Notes: generated by a model from the sequence alone, not told the origin. Shown: positions 11,613 to 24,804, counted from the stretch's first letter. The stretch: 37,643 bases of DNA from Vermamoeba vermiformis (GCA_045837725.1 JBEWZL010000006.1:310001-347643), one strand, 5' to 3'. Made by a program: numbers and translations.

Positions 11613-14514
11613 TTATTGTTCAATATCTTTGCCAAGCAGGTTCTTCAACTCTTTGTACAAATATTTAAACATAGGCAATGTTAGCGGTATCGTTTGAAGA
11701 TTGCTCAAATGAATTGACATTAGATCGAAGGCGATGGAAACTTTGTCCTCGCTAACTCGTTCGCCTATATCAATAATTTCATCTTTGGATAGATGAGTGA
11801 TATTGTGCATGTCTAAATTCTTGAAAGAAGACGTCTTCTCGTCTGTTTTGATGGATCTAATGTCGACCTGAGGAAGTGGCTCTGGATACACGAAGTCAAC
11901 GACCGGAATAATGGATTGGCGTTGAGAAAAATGTGTCAGAAGCACTCGGTATGGATTTAGCCTTGATGCCATGCTAACAACGGGTTAGTGAGTGCTGCAC
12001 GGTTAAGATTTAAGAGCACTTACAATAAAGCCTCGGATGTCGTCGAGTGATTCTTTTTAATGGCTAGTTCCCTATCTTTGTCTTTCATTGTTGCCTAAAT
12101 AAAAAGTAAGAACACTTGATGGTACATCGACAATGCATACCTCGTAGATAACCAGATCGCACTGTTTGTCGCCAACCAAGTCAATCAAGCTTTGAGTAGG
12201 TCTGGTGTCGCCTGAGAACAATATTCGCCAGCCTCTTTGATGCTCTACCAGCAGGCCCCATGAGTCAGTGGCGTGAATCACGGGGACATTTCGTACAAGT
12301 GTCAGATCCATTTCATTCGCAAAGAACGGGCTGTCTCATGTTAAACAAGCACAACTCACTCTACTATATAGTACTTACGATAAAGCGTGCTCAACTGTCG
12401 TTATTTCTTTGTTGTGATAATATTGATAATGCAACGAGACACCTGTGATCATTGACACCTCGCGCACGTAACCTTCGATGAACCTTGGGGCAATTAGCAC
12501 AAGAGGCGTCATCTTGCGACCAAGCTTTTTAATATACTACATTCCTATGGTCAGTATGGCGGGAGAGCAAATATCAAATCAGACCCTACCTGCTGTCTTT
12601 TCTCGAGTAACATAATCAAGCCTGCGTGGTGGTCCCCGTGCTTGTGTGAAATCCAAATGCACTTCAGATTGGCCATAACCTCGTCAATTTTGGGTCCAAA
12701 TCGACGAGACAACTTGAACTATATTAGTATGCTTGTAAGCGAGGCGTAATTTTTACCTGTCCATAAGTTCCAGAGCCACAATCCATAATCAAACCGCCAC
12801 GGTCAAACAGGTGCAAATAGATGCCACTTTCGTTTCGCACGTCGCTTGGGTCAGCAGAAGTCGTGCCTAGCATGACTAACTCCGCACCGTCATATTTCTC
12901 CACAGCAACTTCCTTCGCTTTTTGCGCATCATACTCTTGTTTCAATGCTTTGAATGACTCTGACGCCAGAATTTTCTCGTACGGTGATTTTTTCTCGAGC
13001 ACTTGACTGTACGCTGAATTGTCGATTCCCATTCGAGTAACGGGCTGCAGAATGTATTTCATGAGAGGCTCAGCGATTGTTATTTTAGCACCACTCTCTG
13101 CAAATGACTTGGGCAAATCTACTAATAACTGATCGCTTTCAAACGGCGAAGGAAAGAGCTCGTGGTCCACGGCGTTTAAAAGTCCGAACAATCGCTTTGA
13201 CTTTAAAAATATATGCTTGTGATGGCAGTTCTCACCATTGGCAATAATGTGCTGACGAACGATAGTTAGTCAATGCACTTTGAACGATTTGATACTTACG
13301 TCTGCTGCCGCACCAAACTTCATCATCCAAGCAATGTACTTCGGATTACCAAGAATGCTAGCTGGTGTCAAGTGAATAAACGACACAAGCTTGGCACCGC
13401 TAGGATCATTGGCAAGTTCTGTCCACTTTGGATGATCAACGAAGTCATCGAGCAAGTCTTCGCTCGGACACGTCACGATAGCGAGCATCTGTCAACTATT
13501 AGCACCGTATAGGAGCAGCTACAGTGAACTTACGGGTCCTGGTTGTGCAGGTCCATTCATCACATCTTCAGGCTTCACTACGGCTCCGGAAGGCAAAGTG
13601 ACAGAATTTCCTTTTGACAGTTGACCAATCATGGGACCTGGGTTAATACCGAGAGCTTTAGCTTTTTGCATGTCAATTTTAGGAGTGACCGTTGGTGTTT
13701 GAATGCAATAAGATATGGCCATCGGGCACGGAGGTGGTATTGACACCACCGACTTGCAATCAAAATTTAGCACGAGATCCATTTCCGTGGACCTTTTCGA
13801 TTCAACCGCTGTCTTATTGATCATTGCCTGTTTCAAAGCACTCTCTGCGCTTTGTTGCATGGCTTTAATATGCGGAATTTCTTCTGAATCGCTCGTGTCC
13901 AAATAAAACTCCATTGCATCAGCAAAGCTTTGATTGATGATTAGCTGTGACCCAGCGGTTACTGACTTTTTTACGACAATAGGAATGACTTTCAAGCCGT
14001 CCTTAGTCTCCACTGGCTTGGCCTTTTCATCGATTTCTCGCAACTTCATTGTGAAGTCGGGACTTCCAACGGCGTTAGAATAGTGACTCAATTGAATATC
14101 ATTACGTACCAGAACAGAGTATATCTTGTTGCTATTGCAAGGTCCGTTAAGTTTGTTGGCCCCATGATGGTGAGCTCTTTAGTCGTGGTATCGTTCAAAT
14201 AATATACGATGTCTGTTTGCTGAATGAATTTCGGTATTTTTTAAAACACGCGCATAATGCCTTACCTGCAATGCCACTCCAATTACTCCAATCGAGCTCA
14301 GTCAAGAATAAATAATTTAATTTAGTAATTTTGGTGCCCAAATTGCCGTGCTCTTTACAGACTCTTTTAGTTCCCTCGCCTGCATGCGTTAAAAATATAT
14401 TTAGACGATACTACTATTACCTGCGTTAAATAAGATTTTAACATTTTCAGATGTGACCAAAATGGATGGAGCAACGTTGCTCTCCGAGCTTGTTCCAATG
14501 ATTTGTGCTTGCAT
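11613..14514 (-). CDS. ELAC2: tRNase Z long form (ELAC2/Trz1 family), metallo-beta-lactamase tRNA 3' endonuclease; multi-exon
   Basis: ATG at 14514 (MQAQIIGTSSES...ILFNA/GEGTKR). Flexible arm KALGINPGPMIGQLSKG. Also LGTTSADPSDVRNESG, MDCGSGTYGQ, His motif ISHKHGDHHAG (~12620-12660), FSGDTRP, YEAT, HSTTSE and THFSQR. Confidence 0.92.
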
Positions 14515-14665
14515 TGTAAGTAGAAAAAATAAAATGAACATAGAAATCCGCTGCTCGAGTTAAGTGGCGCACGTGATCGGCTGTCAGTATTTTTCGTTCT
14601 GGACTATTTCCGTTATTGATGAAGTTTGACATTTTATACATTAAAACACAACTTTTACACGCTGA

Positions 14666-17600
14666 TTATTTCTTTTTGAACAACTTAACACCCTTCTTGT
14701 CGCTCTTTTCTTTCTTTCCTCCGCCAACAGCCGCAGAGGAGTCGATCTTTACGATTTGTTCGGTGAGGTCTGTCAACAATGTCTTGTATGTAGAGCGCAA
14801 TTGTTGGATGAAGAGCTTGCTCTTGTATGCTGAAAGCTCTCCGTTGACCACTAAAGTTCACGTTAGATGAGGCCATCCGCGGTTACCAGGTATTTTGCAA
14901 CTTACTCTTTTGCAACAACCATTCTCTGAACGCAGGACCATGTTCGAACAGAGTAGGGTAGGGAAGTGGAGGTCCATATTGAGGTACATCTGCTTGTTCA
15001 GCGACTTGAACGTTGTAATACACGGGCTTGTCCTTGGCGGTCGGATCTCGAATGACACGCACAACGATAGTGATTTCTACAAGCAGTGATTAGTAAACAG
15101 ACCAAGCGATTTGCTACTTCTATTGTGTTATAATGTCGCGAATACTTACGAATATAATTGGACTTGACACAGTTGGGTACAAACGGTTCACTGCCCTCTT
15201 CTTGGAACACAACGAGAATGATATCGTTACCCAAGTGACGCTTCTTCTGCACTTGTTGTTCACCAGCCTCCATCGGTAGCATTGTTGCAACGTGGTACAT
15301 GAGTTCGTAGTCATTCCACTTTGTGAAGTACGAGTGCGTGCCAGTCGTGTTCTCGCGCACATCGAGACCACCAGCGAAACCTTTCCAGCCCTTCAATTCA
15401 ATCTTGTCTCCGATTAAACCCAAGAACTTTTCATAGTCCTCGCCAGCGTGAGCTAAAGATATCGTTAGAATACCATGTAGTGAGTCTCATGTTGTCGCAA
15501 CTTACGGTTATTAAACATCTCTTCTTCGACTTTTTGTCCTTTTTTACATAATAATACACCAAATTTGAACTTGCGAGTGATCTGAAAGGCCGTTAGCTAA
15601 GGTCTTTAGAGAGCTGCTATGACTTACTCTCATATCCTTCTTTTCGTAGTCCAAAAACAACTGTTGCATGCCTTGACCCATTGTCGGGCGGAACTCCGTT
15701 TCTCTGTATTTGGGGTCAAACATGCCCATAATAGCGTTGTATTTCTCTTTCCAGTTGCTTGCCAGATCTTTGTGAGCAGGCAACGTGGTTCGAACATTGC
15801 CCTGAAAGTAAATGTCAATAAATTACTCCGCAACATTTAAACTGTTCGATAAGGTACTTACATCCTTAGTGCGCAAGAGAAGTCGGAAGATCTTGTTATC
15901 GTTTTCCTCTTCTAACTTCAATGAGGCAATGGTGGCAATATTGGCAATGTCGTAGCCGATAATATTAATGTGTTCTAGAAATAGGTTAGCATGTTCGAAA
16001 ATTATCATCGCACGCGTACCTTGTCCGAAGAAGTGGTCTTGATACCAGTAGCTGTTCTCGCTGATAAACATCGGCCAGGTTCCTTCGGATAAATCGCTCG
16101 GCAAGATGACACCAGTCTCGGCACGCATGCCTAACGGGATGGGGGACAAAACTCCGTAAGTATCGAACAATTTGTAGCTCGAGTTGACGAGATCTTGCAA
16201 CTCCTTCAATTTCTCAGCGGGCAAATCTATATCAACGAGTCTGTTCTTCATGTGGTTTAGCTTTGAAATCAGTTCGCTGATGGCCGCGACAATCTTTTGT
16301 CGAATAGAGAGGATCTTCACATTTGGCACGGCAGCAGCTTCTTCTTGAGTCAGTTCTTTGGGAACAAAGTCGGGTTCAGTATCTTCAAACTCCAAATGCT
16401 AACAGATAGGATTATTACATGTGCCAAAGAGCTTATAGTATTCCATGAACTTACCTTGCCAATCAAGACTACAAGTTTGCTCAGATCCGAAACACGAACA
16501 AAATCTTCTTTTTCTTTGACGCTGTCGAACGCTTTATCGATGGCGATCAATCGTGCTGCTGATTCTTCGAGCTCTCTCACGTATTGTTGCACTTCTGAAA
16601 TTCGCTTTTCCATAGCAATGCCTAATTTAGTAAAATGAGTTGATGTTGCTTGACGATAAGCCGTGCATGCCAATCAGTCACTTGTCATGTTTAATTAAGT
16701 TAATTGAGTGCACTTACGCCTGCTTTCTTGTTCTGGAGTCTCTTCCCAATCCTCGTCAGACATTTCTTCATCAAAAATTGACTTGCTTGCGCCATTGCCA
16801 CTGCGTTCGCGCACGTCCCCTTTGGAATGAGAGCCGCCCAAAAACGTTTGAAAAGCCAAGAACTCTTCAATGCCTGGCAATCGTGTGATGCCTTGCAAAA
16901 AGGCTTCAAGTTTAGCACGTCGCTTCGCGATGTGATTGCTGGTCAAGTTTCCAATCATCTTTTTCTTAGGGAATGCTGGCAACTCGGTGAACACTTTCGA
17001 TAACTATAGTGCATAAAACTCATCAGCTAAATAGATCCAGGATCGAGCATTTTTGACGAAATTCCTGTTCGTTTCGTGTTACTTACACCACTATGTAAGG
17101 CCAAAAATTGCGAAAATCTTCTTAATATGGTCTGAGTCTCTCCATTTGGGTATATAACGGTAATCCAATAGTTCTATGATTTAAAAGTTGAGATCAATAT
17201 AAAGTAAATTTAAATTAATTAACAGCACTTACTGTGAACTCTTTCTCATTCGCTGGTCTAACAGGCACGGTGGAGCTGATAAAAAATTGAAAATGACCTG
17301 TACCACGTGGTGTTCCAGCCATGGGCGAATGGTACTGTAAAGAGCCGGGCTGATCTGATGATGACGGGGACGGCGATGGCTTCTTTATTTCGCTTTGAGA
17401 CTTGCGTCTCTTTGGTTGCTTTTCCTCAGCGTGAATGCGCTTGATTGGCTGCGGGGTTGTTGGAGCAGATGTCGCCAGCTCCTTGCGGGAGGATTTGAGT
17501 GGTTCGTCTGTATCCGTCCTGCGAAAAAGCGTCGTTAGCGACTTTCCGCGAGCTATCTTAATTGGTTGCAAACAAAAAGAATGACAGATTTAAATTCGAG

Positions 17601-18190
17601 TGCTTTGTCCGAGGAGTTTACATATTTGGTCATGTATCTCCGTCCGAGATTATCTCGGTGGCGGTACAGACTTCTACCCCAGAGTTATAATACAGCACGT
17701 ATTATTAAATAAATTAAAGTAATTTAGGAAATTAATGCTGGTATTTCGGCGTTTGGTGGCACGAAGATTCGCGAGATGTGTCAGTATGCGGGTACAACGA
17801 TTGAATCGTTGACTGATGCAATTAATTAACTCTGCCTATAGCAATAGTAGTACGATACTTATGTGCCAATAGGCCGCATCCGAGCGCAGAACGAGATCTC
17901 GAAGTATTGCAAGTATTGGCAACCTCGATCTAATGCCACCAAAAGAAAATAATTCGCCATTAACAATATAAAATGGAATTTCGATGCATATTTCTTGTAT
18001 TAAATAAACAGATTTGATCGGATTAAGGGCCAGCAACTTACTTTTCCTTGCGTGCTGATTGTAATCCCTCGGGATGTGCGTCTTTCAGTGCAGCTGCATT
18101 GAACTTTGGAGGGTCAGAGCCAGACATGCTGTTACTGCGAGGTCTCTCAAGAGCTCTTGCAAGCGATTTTTTAGCTATCGCATCAGCCAT
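14666..18190 (-). CDS. PX-domain-containing Rap/Ran-GAP (RapGAP) protein; multi-exon, 5' exons uncertain
   Basis: RapGAP core LKGWKGFAGGLD...ELMYHVATMLP...QKKRHLGNDIILVVFQE with the catalytic Asn. PX-like segment LPAFPKKKMIGN...KRRAKLEAFLQ...FQTFL. A putative first exon MADAIAKKSLARALERPRS... runs from 18190 to a GTAAGT donor at ~18041; its connection to 17571 needs an intermediate exon. Confidence 0.82.
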
Positions 18191-19069
18191 GGCTGTTACT
18201 TTTTCTTGGTCTATTTTTGTGTAGTGTTATTCGTGGACTAAATATAAAAATATTAGATTCACGTACGATGTTTAAATTAAAATATAAGATAATAATTTGT
18301 TTAACTCAAACGGTCAATTTCCATTTTAATAACAGTTATTATGCTAAGTTAGAATTAATGGCCACAATATTCTTCGTGCAAATAAAATGATAGTTGTTGT
18401 TGGGTCGATTGATATTTAATGCAGATCGGTTAAACTCGCATTATTTGATCTTTCGAGCAAGATAATTACCCTTGATAACTTTAGTAATAGCGTGAATACG
18501 TTGCCTTATCGGCAATATTCTGCTTTGGTGTTGTTTTAATTGAAAGTAATAAATGAAGCGAAATTGCGCGAACCACTTTCTGTGTTAGCTGCACGCGATC
18601 TTTGGCTTACTCAATCGATGAGTTATGTGCGTAGACATTAAATGTCATAATTAATCGGTGCAGAGATTATATCACAACATGGGGATACAGGTGCCGAAAG
18701 GGGATTCGGCTTCCCATCTTCGCTCAAATAATTTAGTTTCTACTCTTTTAACGTCTAATAGCTTTACGTATATGTATGGAGTAAATTCTCGAGAGTCCAA
18801 CGTGAAATAAAAATATTGTGGGTTAGATTACCCCTTACAACGGCTATATTGCTTGCGAAACTCAATGGAGCGTGATTCAAACTTTCCAAAAGTTTTTTTT
18901 GTTACGGCAAACACAATTTACTACTTGCACGCCCCTTCTTTGATTGATGGGAGTGCCGGGACTCTTGCTGTCTTGCTTTCAGCAGCACAAGCAAAAAAAA
19001 ATCTCCGCGAGATACTCCATTCAAATTTTGAAATACGAACGCAGCAACAGGTCCTTAACAACTAACACA

Positions 19070-22000
19070 ATGTCAAGTGTTGCTCAAATCAGTAAGTAGC
19101 TGTGATCTCCACCAGGAATGAATGCTCCCTTGAACTGATCGCTCAATCTCGTCACTCAATTCAAAATTGGCCCTTTATTCATTTAATGATATTCCACACG
19201 AGATCGAGCACGTATTAATTCAGTCAAAGTGAGCGAACTCGAGAAAAATTTCCGCATTCAATTTTTTCAAAACAAAAATTTCGATTTTTTCGTATTGCGA
19301 ATAAAATGCGTGCAGCGAATGCAGTAGTTATAGCGGTCGCATTTTCAAGTGATTTGATTTCAAATTTCTTTGTTTTATAAAATACTACCGTTATTAACTT
19401 TTATTATTTTTCAGTTCGTAAAATCATTGACGACCTTTCCGATGGTGTATCGCAGTTGGTGTTGCTCGTCGTGGTGCTCCAAGAAAAGAACGCGGAGGTT
19501 CCGCCTCAATTGCCGCAAGCCGCTGGAGTAGTTAACCAGACTGCTGGAACCCTCGCTAAAATCGCTAAACAGCTTGCTGAGGCCAACTATAAGGTAAATT
19601 CAATTTACGTGTAATCTTTATCAATCAGATAAGTTTCTTAGGTAAAATTTTACCAGATGTGATCTAACTCAACCCTTTAGGAACACCCCAGTATTCAAGC
19701 AGAAATTGTCGATGCTGCCAGCACAGTCGATAAGGCAGTGGCTATCCTTGAGGGAGCTGTAGTAACCTTGCAGACCTCTCCTAAGCGCCAAGTAAGTGAC
19801 GTAACCCGCGCTCTGTGTGCCTTGTGTTAATTCTCGATATTAGGCTGGTTGGGAAGGTTTAGTCGAAGCTTGCAGAGTTATGGCCGGCAAGACTATTCGT
19901 TTGCTCGAAATTGTCTACGGCGCCGAATTGAAGAGATTGTTCGCTGAGGCTGAGCAAATCCTCGAAAGCCTCAAGAATTTCAGCACAGACTTGGCTCAGA
20001 GCGATCCGCAAGCTTTTGCAGATCAGGCCAGCGACATTGGTTCTCGTGCTGCTAACATGGCCAATCACTTGATGCAACGTGCCAACGACGAAGAATCACC
20101 GTTGTTGCGCGAACAATTGCAAAAGAAGGCTGAGGAGATCAACCAAGCTGCCAACGAATTCATCAATGCAGTCAACGACTTGCTGCAAGACCCCGAGAAT
20201 CCTCAAGCCGTGCAACGCGTCAACGATGCAGCCGAACGTTTGCGTCAGTTGATGGACGACACTACCGGTCAATTGAAGGCCGCTGAGACTGAAGTACCCT
20301 CAGGCATGGAGGCAGCTTTGCCTTCTATTGATGCTGTTAAAGGTACGTGCAAATCATTCTTTTTTAACCAATGGAGGAATTAATATGACTGCAGCTTCTC
20401 GTCAACCCAACCTCACCGAATTGATTGCTCAAATGTCCCGTGCTGGTCTTGGAGGTGAACCTTCTCCTCTGACACACCAAATTGCTGAGGCCAAGCAAAA
20501 TGCCAACAACGTTGTTGATGCTGCTTTGCGTCGTGATGCTCAAGGCCTGACACAATTGGTCTCTTCATCTCAAGCCAAGTTCGACGAATTGAGCAGGTTG
20601 GCCGACGAATTCGCTGGTGCTGATGCCTCGAAGAGAGCTCAAATTCAAAACACGATCGCAGAGCTCAAGCGCTTATTACCTCAACAGATTCAAGCTGCTC
20701 GTTCAGTTATACAAGACCCTGATAACAAGCAAAAGCAAGAGGAGTTGAATAAGGTTACCAGCAGCATCAACGATTTGTTGGATCAATTGGCGGAGGAGAC
20801 TCGTCCCAACCAAATTGCTTCGAACACTAAGAAGGCTCAACGCACTTTGGAAAATATCAACGAACACATTCGTACTGGCAACAAGGCTGGCATCGACGCG
20901 TTGCTTAAGGACTTAAGCGATATCAAGGAGCGCATCTCTCAAGAAGCTGCCACTTACGGCCCCGGAAAACTCACCGAACTCTCTGCTGCTTTGAATGACT
21001 TGGAGAACATGATTCAACACTTGAGAAAGGACGTTAACTCTGGCAACACTGCTCAAGTTACTAAGGATATCAAGGATCTCAGAGATCAATTAGAGGCTCT
21101 TGCTAAGAAGGCCAACGCCGAATCAGTCGCGGCTGCAGACAGAACCGAAGCTGACTTGCACAAAGTCGCCATCGCTCTTCGTCGAAATGACCCTGCTGGT
21201 GTCAAGAGAACGGCCAAGGTATTGGGTCTCGATGGAAAGGCTTTGGTTGAAGCTGCACGCGCTGCCGCTGCTGCCGAAACCAACGCTCAACGCCGCCAAG
21301 AGATTGTCACTGCTACTAACGTCACCGACGCTGCTTTGAGAAACGTGCTGTCTGCTGTTCAAGCTTACTTGGCTGATCCTGACAATCCTGCCGCTAGGGC
21401 CAGACTCGTCGAAGAACAAAACAAATTGCAACTGTCCATTAATCAATTGCGCGACGTTCTTAAGGGCCACCCTGCCGGTGCTGGTGATACATTGAAGGAT
21501 ACTGTCAACAATACTCTCTTGGCTCAATCTACTATCGATGCTAAAAAACAATTAGAAGAGCTTGCCGATCTTTTGGCACGTGCCTCCAAGGGCGATGCTG
21601 AGGCAGCCAGACGCCTTGCCGAATTGGCTGATGAAGTTGATCGCTCAACTTCGTCCATTGCTACCGCTGTTGTAAACCAGCGACCTGAAGATGAGATCTT
21701 CTTGGGCCTTAGCGACCTCAAGAATGCCCTCAGAAACCTTGACAATGCTGTCAAGAGACAAGATGGCCAAGGTGCTGTTGTTGCTAGCAGGTATGCATAG
21801 GATTATTCACTTATCTTTGTGTGTTCGTTAACACTGTTTTCAGAGCTTTGATTGAGGCCTTTAAGCCATTGCTTGAAAGAATCCGTGCTGAAGCAAACAA
21901 CCCTAACTCAAACTTGACCCCTGAGCAACGTCAACAACTGCTCAAGATGGCTGACGACATTGAAAGATTGCTTCCTACCGTCTTACGTAATGCCAAGGAG

Positions 22001-24339
22001 GCCATTACCAACCCTGCTGAGTACTCCAAGTTTAACAACTCGTTGAACGATCTTAAGCGCATTGTTGAGCGCGCTACAGATACAGTTAGCTCACCTTATG
22101 ATGAGAAATCTATCCACGATGGTATCAAGGAGGTCGCTGTAAGTACCATTTACTTGTCTTTCGGGCACGGTTTACTGATTACCGCTGCCAGTCCGACATG
22201 AACAAAGTCCGTGAAGCTGCCAGAAAAGGTGATGTTAAAGGCGCTGAAGAAGCTGCCAAGAAGGTGCAACAGAAATCTCTTAACATCATTAAGAGTGCAC
22301 GAAGACATTTGCCACCCAGTGAAGACGACCCCATGAAAGAATTGAAAGCTGTTTGGGATCGCTTGTTGCCAGCCGCCAGAAAGGCTGCCGAGAATCCTAC
22401 CAACAAGCCTGCTCACGACGACTTGGACAACGTCTTGAAGGGCTTCGAGAACGGTCTCCACAATGTTGAAAACAAGACTCGTGCCGCTGAATTGTCTCCA
22501 TTCCAAGATGCCAGCGAGGCCTTGGATCGCTTAGTTGATGCCGTTGACAGACGAGATACCCAGGGCATCTCAACATCTGCTCAAGATCTCATTCAAGCTG
22601 CTAATCGTGTCGTGGAGCGCATTAACAATGTAAGTTTAGCTCGTCGTGAATATAATTTCTGATATCTTTATAGGAAACCGATAACAAGAAGAAGCAAGCC
22701 TTGACTGACGCCTTGGGTGTAAGTATTGCTGCTTAATCCGTTTACCGTGAAAGCAAGCTGACGCGTGTGACAGAACATCAACGATCAAATCAAGGGCGTG
22801 CTCGAGGCTGCTAAGAGTGCCGCTGCTGATCCTGAAAACAGAGCTAAGAATGCTACTATGAAGAGTCACGTAGCTCAAACTAAAGCTAACTTGGCTCGTG
22901 GTTTGAATGTCATTGCCACTGACCCTGCTCGCTCTCTGAACCAACACATCCAACAAGGACACTCCGACTTGGCCAGTAAGTCATTCCTCCTCGATAGCAT
23001 AGTGAGGAGTAGCTCTTCTAACATTTTGCGCAGATGTTAAAGCTGCTAATCAAGAAGGCAACGTTGGCCGCGTCTCTGCTGCCATCAAGAAGTTTGAGGA
23101 GACTGCAGCCAAGGCCCAACAAGAAGCTCAACGCGTTGCTCAACTTGAAAAGAACCCCGAGCGCAAGAAGCACATCGAAGCTGCTGCCGCTAAGTTGCAG
23201 CAATCAGCTCAAGCTCTTGCTGCCACTACTCCCTCGGACAAGGACAGCGTTGCTCATAACACCAACAAGGCCGAGGACGCCTTGAACGATTTGGCTCAAG
23301 CTGCTAAGGGTGACGACAAGCAAGACGCTCTTGACACTCGTTCCAAGATCCGCGGTTTGGTTGCCGCTATGAAGGCTGCTCAAGCTTCAGGCGATTTGAA
23401 TGGCTTGTTGGACGCTGCCACTGAGTTGAGCAAGCTGTTGCGTGGTTTGATTGGTGACACCACTAACTTGGCCAAGTCATTCGGCGTAAGTACAATTTCG
23501 TTAAGATTATCCGTAGCATTAACACCGTTTAGGGCGAGGGTCTGAGTGACAAGGCCAAAACGGCTCTTGACATCGATGCTTTGTTGTCTTCTATCGAAAG
23601 CCAATCAACCTCGGAGCCCAGCGTGGAGTCCATCGACAAGTTGTTGGGCTCATTGCAATCGTTGCAAGAAGCCATCAAGCCCAAGCCTCAACCTGTTGCC
23701 GAACCTAAAACGTTCGAAGATGTTGTCGACAAAGTTGCCCAAGACATTCGTGACAAGGTTGAAGAGACTGAAATCAAGTACCAAGAGGCCACCAACGTTG
23801 CCGATGCTTTGACCGCTTTGGCCACTGCTGCCAGAAAGGGTCAACGTCAAGTAAGTATTAACCAGTTATGTATTCGCCGTCTGACACGACATTTCTTTTA
23901 GCCCATGATGCTCGCTGGTCGTGCCGTCGCTACACACATTACTGCCATCGAGAAGGAACTCAGAGTAAGTTTATTGCCACTATCATCGCCTGCTGTCTTA
24001 ACTCACGCACGAATCACTTGCAGGCCATTGCTCAGCGTGTTGGCAACAAGAACCCTACCGTGCAAGACAAGCTCATTCGCTACGCTCAAGCCTTGCGTAA
24101 CTACTCGACCCAATTGAAGATTCTCACCTCCGTCAAGGCTGCGTCCATTGAGGTAACGCTTTCTCAGACATTAACTCGTTAGTACTCGAATTAACTTCAT
24201 TCAACAGCAAACCTCTGATGCTGACGAGTCGTTGACCTCTATCACTCGCTCATTGGGTTCAGTTCTTTCCGACGCTTTGGGTACCATCGATGTTGCTAAA
24301 ATCGCTGTGCTCAAGGAAGTGAAATCAACCCGTAAATAA
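19070..24339 (+). CDS. Large vinculin/alpha-catenin family protein (~1,400 aa estimated, ~13 introns)
   Basis: N-terminus MSSVAQI/IRKIIDDLSDGVSQLVLLVVV resembles a vinculin head. A long run of amphipathic helical bundles follows. The C-terminal tail QDKLIRYAQALRNYSTQLKILTSVKAAS matches the vinculin tail motif STQLKILSTVKA. Stop TAA at 24337-24339. Strong codon bias suggests high expression. Confidence 0.85.
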
Positions 24340-24509
24340 TTTTCATGTATTTTATCACTAAACAATGCTTTTCTGCACGAGAACGCCGTTGATGGATGTA
24401 TTCTTCCTTAAGATTTTACCCAGATCGCTTTCGAGTATCCCGCGGAAACGTCGCCAGATTTTTTCTGCGGCTTTTGAGATCATAGATACTTTCAACTCTT
24501 CCTAGTGGG

Positions 24510-24593
24510 TGCATTGGTGCTTTGTCTGTCTTCGCTGACTTTATGGGCGCTATTGGATCTGGCACTGGTATCTTGTTGGCTGTGACCACAATC
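24510..24593 (+). pseudogene. Isolated fragment of Sec61 alpha coding sequence (C-terminal TM9-TM10 region)
   Basis: Translates to [28 protein letters not shown], nearly identical to the conserved Sec61alpha segment [28 protein letters not shown]. No other Sec61 sequence is seen on either side. Confidence 0.8.
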
Positions 24594-24804
24594 TCAAAAG
24601 GTGGTACGCTGGTGCTCATCCGATCGGATGAGCGGAACAAACTACAACAAAATGTACCAACAGAAAAGTGGGCAGGATTTCTATTTCTAGAGTATTACCT
24701 CAGCCCAAAGAAAGTCCAAAGAAAAAAGTGTTTGAACGAACAAGCAAAATAAAAACAATTTTTATCGTGCAACTCAGGATGTAATACACTATGCGAGTTA
24801 AATA

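Noticed and set aside
14447-14641. 64-aa ORF as the tRNase Z start
   Set aside because: The conserved N-terminal motif (ILFNAGEGT) is in another frame that starts at ATG 14514.
19859-23850. Many antisense and alternate-frame ORFs over the vinculin-like gene (similar shadows occur over the other genes)
   Set aside because: Shadows of biased codon usage in real exons; no independent coding signal.
24522-24752. 76-aa ORF as a functional Sec61 gene
   Set aside because: TTG start, and similarity stops after ~24 codons; recorded instead as a fragment.
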